Of a stretch of 32,000 nucleotides of DNA, positions 16,276 to 24,623 are shown piece after piece (position 1 is the stretch's first letter; the number at the start of each line of letters is the position of its first letter). Position numbers and translations under genes: made by a program. The stretch is from Candidatus Woesearchaeota archaeon. Its GTDB lineage: Archaea; Nanobdellota; Nanobdellia; Pacearchaeales; GW2011-AR1. The notes below the pieces were generated by a model that ran no database searches, had not been told where the DNA came from, and saw only the letters and a program-made list of their open reading frames with translations. Where the stretch lies: the NCBI GenBank assembly GCA_964601675.1, contig CAZROF010000002.1, positions 17,153-49,152 of the forward strand, read 5' to 3'.

Positions 16276-17265
16276 ATGAAAAAGGTGAAAGTTGCTATTA
16301 ATGGATTTGGCAGGATAGGGCGTGCGTTTTTTCGTATTGCGCTTGAGAAGGGTTATGATATTGTTGCTGTTAATGATTTGCATCCCATTGAGAATATTCG
16401 TTATTTGTTACAATTTGATTCTATTTATGGGAAGTATAACAGGCAGGTTTCTTCTGGTAATAGTTTTATTAAAGTTGGTAATAAAAAAATTGATGTTTAT
16501 TCTCAAAGAGATCCCGAGAATTTACCTTGGGGTAAGTTAGGTATTGATATTGTTATTGAGGCTACTGGAGCTTTTACAGATGGGAATATGGCGAGGAAAC
16601 ATTTGAAAGCTGGAGCTAAGCGGGTTGTTATTTCTGCTCCTGGGAAAAATGTTGATAGAACTATTGTTTTGGGTGTTAATGAAAAGAGTTTGAGGAAGAG
16701 TGATAAAATTATTTCGATGGCTTCTTGCACTACGAATTGTTTGGCTCCTGTGGCTAAGGTCTTAGAAGATTCGTTTGGAATTTCTAAAGCGTTTATGACT
16801 ACTATCCATGCTTATACTGGGGGGCAAAAATTAGTTGATTCTCCTCATCATGATTTTCGCCGAGGGAGAGCTGCTGGTATTAATTTTGTTCCTACTTCTA
16901 GCGGAGCAACTAAAGCTACTAGCGAGGTGATTCCTTCATTAAAGGGGAAAATGGATGGGTTATCTATTCGGGCTCCTATAGCTTGTGGGAGTATTGTAGA
17001 TTTCGTTGTAATTTTAAAAAAGGCCGCTAGTGTTGATGATATTAATAGGGTTATGAAAAAGGCCGCTAATGGGAAGATGAAGGGGATTTTGAGATATAAT
17101 GAGGATTATTTGGTTTCTAGTGATGTTGTTGGAGATTCTTGTTCTTCTATTTTTGATTCTAAATTAACTCAGGCTAATGGTAAGATGGTTAAGGTTTTGA
17201 GTTGGTATGATAATGAATTTGGGTATAGTTCTAGGCTGGTTGATTTGTTGGAGAAGTTGAAATAG
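16276..17265 (+). CDS. gap: Glyceraldehyde-3-phosphate dehydrogenase, type I (bacterial/eukaryotic-like)
   Basis: VAINGFGRIGR NAD-binding motif and active site ASCTTNCLAP, plus WYDNEFGYS near the C-terminus. 329 aa. Confidence 0.95.
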   Translation: MKKVKVAINGFGRIGRAFFRIALEKGYDIVAVNDLHPIENIRYLLQFDSIYGKYNRQVSSGNSFIKVGNKKIDVYSQRDPENLPWGKLGIDIVIEATGAFTDGNMARKHLKAGAKRVVISAPGKNVDRTIVLGVNEKSLRKSDKIISMASCTTNCLAPVAKVLEDSFGISKAFMTTIHAYTGGQKLVDSPHHDFRRGRAAGINFVPTSSGATKATSEVIPSLKGKMDGLSIRAPIACGSIVDFVVILKKAASVDDINRVMKKAANGKMKGILRYNEDYLVSSDVVGDSCSSIFDSKLTQANGKMVKVLSWYDNEFGYSSRLVDLLEKLK

Positions 17266-17275
17266 AGGAAAAAGA

Positions 17276-17304
17276 TAATGGCACACGGATTTCACGAATT
17301 TTTG
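17276..17304 (+). promoter_or_regulatory. Conserved intergenic motif, copy 1 (TAATGGCACACGGATT-TCACGAATTTTTG)
   Basis: Lies between gap and pgk. The same two half-motifs recur at 20421-20470 upstream of tpiA, separated there by a 19-21-nt insert. Function is unknown; a transcription-factor site is suspected. Confidence 0.4.
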
Positions 17305-17348
17305 TTTTGGGATAAGTTTTTATTTGGTAATGTGTTTATTTTTTTACT

Positions 17349-18497
17349 ATGAAATTAAAAAGTGTGCGAGATTTGGATGTCAAAGGGAAGATTATTTTGC
17401 TTCGAAGTGATTTGAATTCGGATATTGTTAAGGGGAAGATTTTGAAGGGAGAGAGAATAAAGGAGAGTTTAAAGACTATTGCTTTATTGAAAAAACGAAA
17501 GGCTCGTGTTGTTATCTTGGCACATCAGGGGAACCCGGGAAAAGGGGATTTTTTGAATTTAAAACAACATGCTAAGCTGATGAGGCTGAAGTTTGTTGAT
17601 GATGTTGTTGGGGAAAGGGCTGTTCATGTGATTAGAAAATTGAAGGATGGGGATGTTGTTTTGCTGGATAATGTAAGGAAGGTTGGTGATGAGTTTAAAC
17701 CTAGGAAACATGGAAATGTTATTTTGAAGACGTTTTTGCCGTTGGTTGATGTTTATGTAAATGATGCTTTTTCGGTCTCACATCGGAATCATACTAGTAT
17801 TGTTGGGTTTGCTGGATGTATGGAAAGTGGGGTTGGGTTGTTGTTTGAGAAAGAGATATTGGCTTTGGAAAAAGTTAAGATGAAGGGGGCTGTTTTTATT
17901 CTGGCGGGGTCGAAGCCTGAAAGTAATGTTAAGCTGCTTGGGAAAAATAATAAAGTTCTTGCTGGTGGTTTGTTTGGGCAGGTTTGTTTGGCGGCGAAGG
18001 GATTTGACTTTGGATTCCAAAATGATTTTTTAAAGAAGAGTGTTTTGGTTGATGGTGGTTATGAGAAGTTTTTGGGGGGCTTAAAGAGGAAACTTGATAA
18101 GGTTGAGACGCCTGTGGATTTTGCTGTTAATTTTGAAGGGAAGAGACGAGAGTTTGGTTTGGATGAATTTCCTATGAATTTGAGGATAGATGATATTGGG
18201 GCGGGGACGATTGCTAAGTTTGGTAAGATTATTCGTAATGCTAGGGCTGTTTATATGAAGGGTCCAGTTGGGTTTGCTGAAGATAAGAAATTTCGGAAGG
18301 GGACTGTTGGAATTTTGAAGGCTATTAGTGAGTGTAAGGGCTTTAGTTTGATTGGGGGAGGTCAGTTGTCGGAGGCTGTTGTTAAGAGTAGGATTGGAAG
18401 GGAGAAGTTTGGGCATGTTAGTTTGTCTGGTGGAGCTTTGCTTAGATGTGTTGCTGGGGAGAGGCTTGTGGGGCTTGAAGTTTTGGGTTATTATTAG
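17349..18497 (+). CDS. pgk: Phosphoglycerate kinase (archaeal type)
   Basis: LRSDLNS, VVILAHQGNPG and YVNDAFSVSHR are PGK N-domain blocks in their archaeal form. The C-terminus has GGGQLSEA and SLSGGALL. 382 aa. Confidence 0.9.
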   Translation: MKLKSVRDLDVKGKIILLRSDLNSDIVKGKILKGERIKESLKTIALLKKRKARVVILAHQGNPGKGDFLNLKQHAKLMRLKFVDDVVGERAVHVIRKLKDGDVVLLDNVRKVGDEFKPRKHGNVILKTFLPLVDVYVNDAFSVSHRNHTSIVGFAGCMESGVGLLFEKEILALEKVKMKGAVFILAGSKPESNVKLLGKNNKVLAGGLFGQVCLAAKGFDFGFQNDFLKKSVLVDGGYEKFLGGLKRKLDKVETPVDFAVNFEGKRREFGLDEFPMNLRIDDIGAGTIAKFGKIIRNARAVYMKGPVGFAEDKKFRKGTVGILKAISECKGFSLIGGGQLSEAVVKSRIGREKFGHVSLSGGALLRCVAGERLVGLEVLGYY

Positions 18498-18601
18498 GAG
18501 AAATAGATAATCTTCATAAATTACGAATGTGGGCATTTTCAAATATAAAATATGGACAGCAACATTTTTAATGAAGTTTGTTTTCTGATTCTTAAGATAT
18601 A

Positions 18602-19519
18602 ATGGTAACTTTTGATGTTGTAACTTTTGGTAGTGCTGTTGTTGATGTTTTTGCTTTGACTGATGTTGATTCTAAATATGGTCGCCTAGATTTGGAGATT
18701 GGTTCTAAATATTTAATAAAAGATATTAGAAGAGATATTGGGGGAGGTGGGACTAATGTTGCAGTTGCGTTTTCTAGGTTTGGATTTAAGACAGGATGTA
18801 TTTGTGGCGTTGGAGATGATTCAAATGGGAAGGAGATTTTAAGTTTGTTGAAAAGTGAAAAAGTTAGGTTTTTAGGAAACATCGGTAAGGGTGCGACTGG
18901 GAACTCTGTTATAATTAATGGAAAGGATAAGAACAGAACCATTCTGACATTTAAGGGGGAGAGTGATGAGGTAAAGTTGAATAGTCTTAAGAAATTTAAA
19001 ACGAAATGGATTTATTATTCTTCGTTACTGGGAAAAAGTTTTGAGACACAGAAAAAATTGGTCGCTAAACTGAATAAAAAGGGTATTAAGTTTGCATTTA
19101 ATCCTAGTGAATATTTAATTAAGAGGCAGGATATTGGCGAACTATTAAAATTAAGTGAGGTTTTGATTTTGAATAAGGAAGAGGGTGAGTTGCTTTGTAA
19201 AAAATATGGCAAGAACGGGAATAGTTTGAAATGTTTACGTTCACTCGGCCCGAGAATTGTTGTTGTGACGGATAAAGATAGGGCTATACAGTGTTTTGAT
19301 GGAAAGAAAGAATACAATATTATGCCAAACAAAAAGAAGAGGGTAGTGGATAGAACTGGTGCTGGAGACGCTTTTGGCGCTGGATTTGTTTCGGGTTTGA
19401 TTGCGGGTTATTCTATTGAGAAATGTTTGAAGTTGGGTGTTAGTGAAAGCGAGGCTGTGCTTGGATATTTTGGGGCTAAGAATAGGCTGTTAAAAAGAAA
19501 GTTGAATAAAAGCAGATAA
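18602..19519 (+). CDS. PfkB-family carbohydrate kinase (ribokinase-like; a possible phosphofructokinase or sugar/nucleoside kinase)
   Basis: N-terminal GGGGTNVAVAFSRFG and C-terminal VDRTGAGDAFGAGFVSGL are PfkB signatures 1 and 2. Substrate cannot be read from the sequence. Confidence 0.85.
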   Translation: MVTFDVVTFGSAVVDVFALTDVDSKYGRLDLEIGSKYLIKDIRRDIGGGGTNVAVAFSRFGFKTGCICGVGDDSNGKEILSLLKSEKVRFLGNIGKGATGNSVIINGKDKNRTILTFKGESDEVKLNSLKKFKTKWIYYSSLLGKSFETQKKLVAKLNKKGIKFAFNPSEYLIKRQDIGELLKLSEVLILNKEEGELLCKKYGKNGNSLKCLRSLGPRIVVVTDKDRAIQCFDGKKEYNIMPNKKKRVVDRTGAGDAFGAGFVSGLIAGYSIEKCLKLGVSESEAVLGYFGAKNRLLKRKLNKSR

Positions 19520-19596
19520 ATCTATCTGAATGATTATAAATTATTATTTAACAAAGTTTATAACGGATTGATACCTTAAGATAGTAAGGTGATACT

Positions 19597-20361
19597 ATGA
19601 GGTTAAAGAAGTTTTTTAATTTGAGGAAGATTATTTGGAAGGGAAAGATCCTTTTGTTGGCTTATGATCAGGGGATTGAGCACGGACCAACGGATTTTAA
19701 TGACAAGAATGTTGATCCTTCTTATGTGATTGATATAGCGGCGAAGGGCGGATTTACTGGGCTTGTTTTGCAAAAGGGTATTGCGGAAAAGTATTATGAT
19801 AAGATGAAGAGATTAAAGGTTCCGCTTGTTTTGAAGTTGAATGGGAAGACTTCTTTGGTGAAGGGAGATCCTGTTTCTAGGCAATTAGCTACGATTGAGG
19901 AGGCGGTTGATTTGGGGGCTGTTGCTGTTGGTTATACAATTTATATTGGGAGCTTTCATGAAGAAGAGATGTTGGTTGATGCTTCTAGGATTCAGGATGA
20001 GGCTCATAAGAAGGGGTTGCCTTTGATTGTTTGGGTTTATCCTCGGGGGAGTGGGGTTAAAGATATTAAGAAAAATGATTTAATGGCTTATGCTACCCGT
20101 GTTGCTTTGACGATTGGTGCTGATGTTGTGAAGATTCATCCTGAGGGGAGTATGAAAGGTTTTGGGTGGGCTGTGAAGTCGGCTGGGAAGGTTCGGGTGA
20201 TTTGTGCTGGTGGGTCGAAGATTAGTGAGAAGAAATTTTTAAAGATGGTTGAGAATTATATGAAACAAGGAGCCAGTGGGATGGCAATTGGACGGAATGT
20301 TTGGCAAGATAAAGATCCTGAGGGGTTAAGTGAGAAGATTAGGGATATTGTTTGGAAGTAG
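19597..20361 (+). CDS. fba: Class I fructose-bisphosphate aldolase, archaeal DhnA/FbaB type
   Basis: LLAYDQGIEHGP, ADVVKIHPEG and MAIGRNVWQ match the DeoC/DhnA class-IA aldolase pattern. 254 aa, in glycolytic context. The related ADH-synthase function is not excluded. Confidence 0.8.
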   Translation: MRLKKFFNLRKIIWKGKILLLAYDQGIEHGPTDFNDKNVDPSYVIDIAAKGGFTGLVLQKGIAEKYYDKMKRLKVPLVLKLNGKTSLVKGDPVSRQLATIEEAVDLGAVAVGYTIYIGSFHEEEMLVDASRIQDEAHKKGLPLIVWVYPRGSGVKDIKKNDLMAYATRVALTIGADVVKIHPEGSMKGFGWAVKSAGKVRVICAGGSKISEKKFLKMVENYMKQGASGMAIGRNVWQDKDPEGLSEKIRDIVWK

Positions 20362-20420
20362 GAGAGAAATTTATCTAAAGATTTCATAAATTACATAAAT
20401 TTTTATTTTTAGGGAAGGTG

Positions 20421-20470
20421 TAATGGCACACGGATTAGGGGCAGGATTTCTCGTATCACGCGAATTTTTG
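20421..20470 (+). promoter_or_regulatory. Conserved intergenic motif, copy 2 (TAATGGCACACGGATT...TCACGCGAATTTTTG)
   Basis: Upstream of tpiA. It matches the half-motifs of 17276-17304. The insert AGGGGCAGGATTTCTCGTA re-uses GGATTTC. Confidence 0.4.
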
Positions 20471-20515
20471 GTTCGAGATGGGAAGGTTTTTAATTATTGA
20501 TTGGTTAAACTTTTT

Positions 20516-21154
20516 ATGGAAAGTCCATTAATTGTAGTTAATCTTAAAACGTATCAGCATGGGATCAAGGCCTTGAAGCTTTGTAAAAAAATTGAGGAGG
20601 TTAGTAAGGATATTGTTGTTGGATGTAGCCCTTTAGATGTTTATCGTATTTCTAAAGAGACTAAGTTGAAAGTTTATTGTCAGCATGTTGATTATTTTGA
20701 GGAGGGGCGAAATAGTGGATTTGTTTTGCCTGAGGGCGTTAAGGGGAATGGTGGTGTTGGAGTTTTTTTGAATCATAGTGAGCATCCTTTGGATTTTAGT
20801 GTTTTGGGGAAGACGATTTTGAGGTGTAAAAAATTGAAATTGAAGATTCTTGTTTTTGCTTCAGGTTTGAAGGAAGCTAAGAGGATTGAGAAGTTGGGTG
20901 TGGATTATATTTGTATTGAGCCGGCAGAGTTAGTTGGGGGACGAGTTTCTGTTTCTAGTGCTCGACCTGAGTTGATTGAGAATATTGGGAAGAACTTAAA
21001 CTGTAAGTTTTTGGTGGGGGCGGGGGTAAAGAGTAGAGAGGATGTTGATGTTGCTATGAAGTATGGAGCGAAGGGTGTTGCACTTAGTTCGGCTGTTACG
21101 ACTTCTAGAAATCCTGGGAAAGTTTTGAGAGGATTGGTTAATAAAAATGCATGA
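20516..21154 (+). CDS. tpiA: Triosephosphate isomerase (short archaeal type)
   Basis: VVNLKTY, FLNHSEH and CIEPAELVGG correspond to archaeal TIM blocks. About 212 aa. Start placed at ATG 20516 rather than TTG 20501. Confidence 0.85.
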   Translation: MESPLIVVNLKTYQHGIKALKLCKKIEEVSKDIVVGCSPLDVYRISKETKLKVYCQHVDYFEEGRNSGFVLPEGVKGNGGVGVFLNHSEHPLDFSVLGKTILRCKKLKLKILVFASGLKEAKRIEKLGVDYICIEPAELVGGRVSVSSARPELIENIGKNLNCKFLVGAGVKSREDVDVAMKYGAKGVALSSAVTTSRNPGKVLRGLVNKNA

Positions 21155-21467
21155 ATATAATTTTGTTGAAGCGATTCTTAGAAATGTTAAGGACAGGGAG
21201 GATGTAAGGGAAATTGTTTTGGAGGTTGGTGAGCTGGTGGGGATTAGTCCGGGGCATTTAAAGGAGCATATGGGGGAACGGTTTGATTGGAGGGTTGATG
21301 TTTTAAAGAAGGAGGCTAGAGTGAAATGCGGGTGTGGGTTTGTGGGTCGGCCTAGGGTTTTGGAGAGGTTGCATGATTTGGTTATTTTTGAGTGTGCTGA
21401 GTGTGGTGGAATTCCTGAGGTTTTGGAGGGGAAGGATATAAAAATTATTAAGGTTGTTTATGGGTGA
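21147..21467 (+). CDS. hypA: Hydrogenase nickel-insertion protein HypA
   Basis: N-terminal MHEYNFVEAIL (the MHE metal site) and a Cys-rich zinc module (KCGCG...CAECGG). 106 aa. The start overlaps the tpiA stop by 8 nt. Confidence 0.85.
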   Translation: MHEYNFVEAILRNVKDREDVREIVLEVGELVGISPGHLKEHMGERFDWRVDVLKKEARVKCGCGFVGRPRVLERLHDLVIFECAECGGIPEVLEGKDIKIIKVVYG

Positions 21468-23632
21468 TGTTTGAGTTTGTTGTTAAAGGTATTGTGCAGG
21501 GGGTTGGATTTAGACCTTTTATTTATAATCTCGCTTCTGAATTAAATATTAGAGGCTATGTTCAAAATACCGGCACTGGCGTTAAAATTATATGCGACAA
21601 AAAAGGGTTTATTGAGGAGATTAAAAATAAGCTTCCACCGTTAGCTAGAATTGATTCTATTGAAGTTTTTAATTCAAAAGAAGAATTTTGCGGAAAGAGT
21701 TTTGCTATTAAACAAAATGAAAAAGGGGGCTCTTATTCTATGATTCCCGCTGATTTAAATTTATGTGGAGATTGTATAAGGGAGCTGTTTGATGAGGAGG
21801 ATCGTAGATATAAATATTTTTTTATTAGCTGTACAAACTGTGGTCCAAGGTATTCTATAATAGAGGGAACGCCATATGACAGAAACAAGACTTCTCTTAA
21901 AGATTTTGAGTTGTGCGATGTGTGTAAACGAGAATATAAAGATCCACAAAATAGAAGATATTATGCACAAACTATTGCTTGCCCTAGATGTGGACCTAAG
22001 CTAGATTTATATATTAAAGGAGAAAAATTTAAGGGTAACGTTATAGAGAAGACTGTTAATTTGATAGAGTCTGGTAAAGTCATCGCAGCCAAAGGCGTTG
22101 GTGGATTTCATCTCATTTGCAGAGCAGATAAAAATGGTGTTGTAAAAAAATTGAAGGGAATTTTAAAAAGACAATACAAGCCTTTTGCTTTAATGGGAAG
22201 GGATATTAATATGGCTGAAAAATATTGTTATATTAATGATAAGGAACGAGGGATTTTATTATCTAAACAAAGACCTATAGTTTTACTTGAGAAAAGAAAA
22301 GATGAAATGAGGGAAGTTAGTGAACTATCATCACTGGGGTTCATGTTGCCCCATTCTCCTATTCACTACCTATTGTTTGAATATCTAGATTTTCCATTAG
22401 TTATGACCTCATCAAATTTACCTTCTCACCCTATTACGACTAAAAGAGAAGATCAATTTGTGGATTATATCTTAGATTATAATCGAAATATAGTGAATTT
22501 TCTTGATGATTCTGTCATTAAGGTAGTAGACGAATCTCCTTTATTAATTCGGCGTTCGAGAGGATTTGCTCCCAATGAGATTCCTTTGCCAGAAGCATAT
22601 AAATTAAAGGGCAATATTTTGGCGGTTGGTTCTGAAATGAAAAATACTTTTTGCATTAAAAAAAATAATAAATTGATTCTATCACAACATATTGGGAATA
22701 TATTTAATTTGGAAAATTTGGAAAATTTTAAACTAACTATTGATAGATTATTGAAATTTACAAAAACTAATCCTGAGGTTATTTTGTGCGATTATAATTT
22801 GGAATTTAATACATCAAAATTTGCCGAGTCATTGTGTTTTGATGTTTTGTCTCTGGTTCCTATTCAGCATCATATCGCTCATGGTTTTAGCGTCGCTCTT
22901 GAGCATAACCTAGAAACTTTTTTATCTATTGTTTGTGACGGGACAGGACTCGGGCTTGATGGTAATATCTGGGGTGGAGAGATTTTTCACAATGATACAA
23001 GAATTGGGAGGCTAGAGTATCATAATTTAATTGGTGGAGACATGGCTAACAGGGAGCCAAAAAGGATTTTGGCTGGCATTTTATCTAAATTTTTGGATTG
23101 GGAAAAAATTGAGCAAATTTTAGGTAGCGAAAGTAAAATTTGGCTGAAACAACAGGAAGAAAACTTTAACTGTATAGCAAGCTCGAGCTGTGGAAGAATT
23201 TTAGATTGCATTAGTGTTTTACTTGGGTTTAGTAATAAAAATTTTTATGAAGGTAGGGGTGCAATGCTTTTAGAATCTAATTCTAAGAAGTGTGATTTAT
23301 TTTTTAATCCTAAGATTTCTAAAGATGAATGTGGACTATTTGTTTTAGATACAACTTGTTTAATAAAATTTGTCTATGAGAACTTGGAAAAAATAGATAG
23401 AAGGGAGCTTGCATATTTTACACAGATTTATTTAGTGCAGGGTTTGCTCGAGATTGCGAAAGAATATGACGAGAATTTGCCAGTTTGTTTTAGTGGGGGT
23501 TGTGCTTATAATAAATTTATGTCTAAATTTATGATAAAGAATAATGTGTTTCTCAATAAAGATATTCCCTGTGGAGATGGAGGAATTTGTGTGGGACAAA
23601 TTGGATATTGGGATTGGAAGAACAGGCGTTAA
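21467..23632 (+). CDS. hypF: Carbamoyltransferase HypF
   Basis: Acylphosphatase-like VKGIVQGVGFRPFIYNLA, and two zinc-finger repeats (CGDCIRE...CTNCGPRYSI; CDVCKRE...CPRCGP). YrdC-like and Kae1-like C-terminal parts are present. The ATG shares one base with the hypA TGA; GTG 21464 is an alternative start. Confidence 0.95.
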   Translation: MFEFVVKGIVQGVGFRPFIYNLASELNIRGYVQNTGTGVKIICDKKGFIEEIKNKLPPLARIDSIEVFNSKEEFCGKSFAIKQNEKGGSYSMIPADLNLCGDCIRELFDEEDRRYKYFFISCTNCGPRYSIIEGTPYDRNKTSLKDFELCDVCKREYKDPQNRRYYAQTIACPRCGPKLDLYIKGEKFKGNVIEKTVNLIESGKVIAAKGVGGFHLICRADKNGVVKKLKGILKRQYKPFALMGRDINMAEKYCYINDKERGILLSKQRPIVLLEKRKDEMREVSELSSLGFMLPHSPIHYLLFEYLDFPLVMTSSNLPSHPITTKREDQFVDYILDYNRNIVNFLDDSVIKVVDESPLLIRRSRGFAPNEIPLPEAYKLKGNILAVGSEMKNTFCIKKNNKLILSQHIGNIFNLENLENFKLTIDRLLKFTKTNPEVILCDYNLEFNTSKFAESLCFDVLSLVPIQHHIAHGFSVALEHNLETFLSIVCDGTGLGLDGNIWGGEIFHNDTRIGRLEYHNLIGGDMANREPKRILAGILSKFLDWEKIEQILGSESKIWLKQQEENFNCIASSSCGRILDCISVLLGFSNKNFYEGRGAMLLESNSKKCDLFFNPKISKDECGLFVLDTTCLIKFVYENLEKIDRRELAYFTQIYLVQGLLEIAKEYDENLPVCFSGGCAYNKFMSKFMIKNNVFLNKDIPCGDGGICVGQIGYWDWKNRR

Positions 23633-24615
23633 CAAATTCTTGGAACTATTTTTCCCGAAGGCATAGGTATTAGTCTAGAGCCTAATTCTGTTTTTAGGAT
23701 TACTTCTCCTAGTGATGCAATACTTTTTACTTCTCCAATTATTGAAGCATTTAAATTAAATTGCTTTAATACACTTAAGACTTTCTCTTTATTTTCCTCT
23801 TTACATATGGCTATTAGCCTTCCTTCATTTGCGAGAGTGAAATAGTCTAATCCTAACATTTTACACGCCGCCCTGACTTCTTTTTCTACTGGTATGTTTT
23901 TTTCTACTAGTTCTATTTTGATATTATTTTCTTGAGCTATTTCATTTAGCGACGAGGCCATTCCTCCGCGCGTCGGATCTTTTGCTAACTTTATTAACCC
24001 TCTTATTTCTCTCATTTCTTGAAGTAGTGGCTTAGAATCTGTTTTTATGTTTGTGAAAAAATCAAATCTTTTGGATAGTAGTGCTGTTGCATGATTCGCA
24101 ATTGGTCCAGAAATTATTATTGAGTCTCCTATTTCTATTTTTTCATTCAATATTTTTTTTGTTATGCCTACGCCCGAAGTGTTTATTACTATTTTGTCTA
24201 TCGAGCCTTTTTCCATTACCTTAGTATCTCCTGTTACAATTGGTATTTGTGTTTGCTTTGATATTTTGTTTATTGTTTGAATTATTTCTTGTAATATATC
24301 TTCTTCTAGTCCTTCTTCTATTATTAATGCTAAGGATATTCCTATTGGCTCTGCTCCCATAACTACTAAATCATTTATAGTTCCATTAATTGCGAGATCT
24401 CCTATATTCCCTCCATTAAATTTTATTGGATTTACGACGTAAGAATCTGTTGTGAAGCACAATATTTCTGAATTGGAAAGTTGGTATGTCGCGGCGTCGT
24501 TATTTTGATTTTGCCATTTTGAATTTTTGAAAAAATTTGGAAGAAATGATTTGAGAAGTTTGTTTGTTTGCTCACCTCCTGCTCCGGCTTCTATTGAAAT
24601 AGTTTTCTTTATCAT
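23629..24615 (-). CDS. hypE: Hydrogenase maturation protein HypE
   Basis: PurM-like fold length (328 aa) and the diagnostic C-terminal ...PRIC. Confidence 0.93.
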   Translation of the reverse strand: MIKKTISIEAGAGGEQTNKLLKSFLPNFFKNSKWQNQNNDAATYQLSNSEILCFTTDSYVVNPIKFNGGNIGDLAINGTINDLVVMGAEPIGISLALIIEEGLEEDILQEIIQTINKISKQTQIPIVTGDTKVMEKGSIDKIVINTSGVGITKKILNEKIEIGDSIIISGPIANHATALLSKRFDFFTNIKTDSKPLLQEMREIRGLIKLAKDPTRGGMASSLNEIAQENNIKIELVEKNIPVEKEVRAACKMLGLDYFTLANEGRLIAICKEENKEKVLSVLKQFNLNASIIGEVKSIASLGEVILKTELGSRLIPMPSGKIVPRIC

Positions 24616-24623
24616 ATCTTAAA

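Noticed and set aside
17778-18542. Long minus-strand ORFs (80 aa and 153 aa) opposite pgk
   Set aside because: They lie fully inside a motif-verified PGK gene. Their translations are low-complexity (N/S/T/P/L/K-rich). They are explained by depletion of C on the sense strand, which makes TTA, CTA and TCA triplets rare there, so few antisense stops arise.
18592-19332. Minus-strand ORFs of 116 aa and 105 aa opposite the PfkB kinase gene
   Set aside because: This is the same compositional artefact. The plus-strand frame carries both PfkB signatures, and the antisense peptides have no recognisable features.
20421-20470. Interpreting the GGCACACGGATT...TATCACGCGAA motif as the Thermococcales glycolytic motif (TATCAC-N5-GTGATA)
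   Set aside because: Only the half-site TATCAC is present, in one copy. There is no inverted GTGATA partner, and the other copy (17276-17304) reads TTTCAC. It is treated as a distinct, uncharacterised motif.
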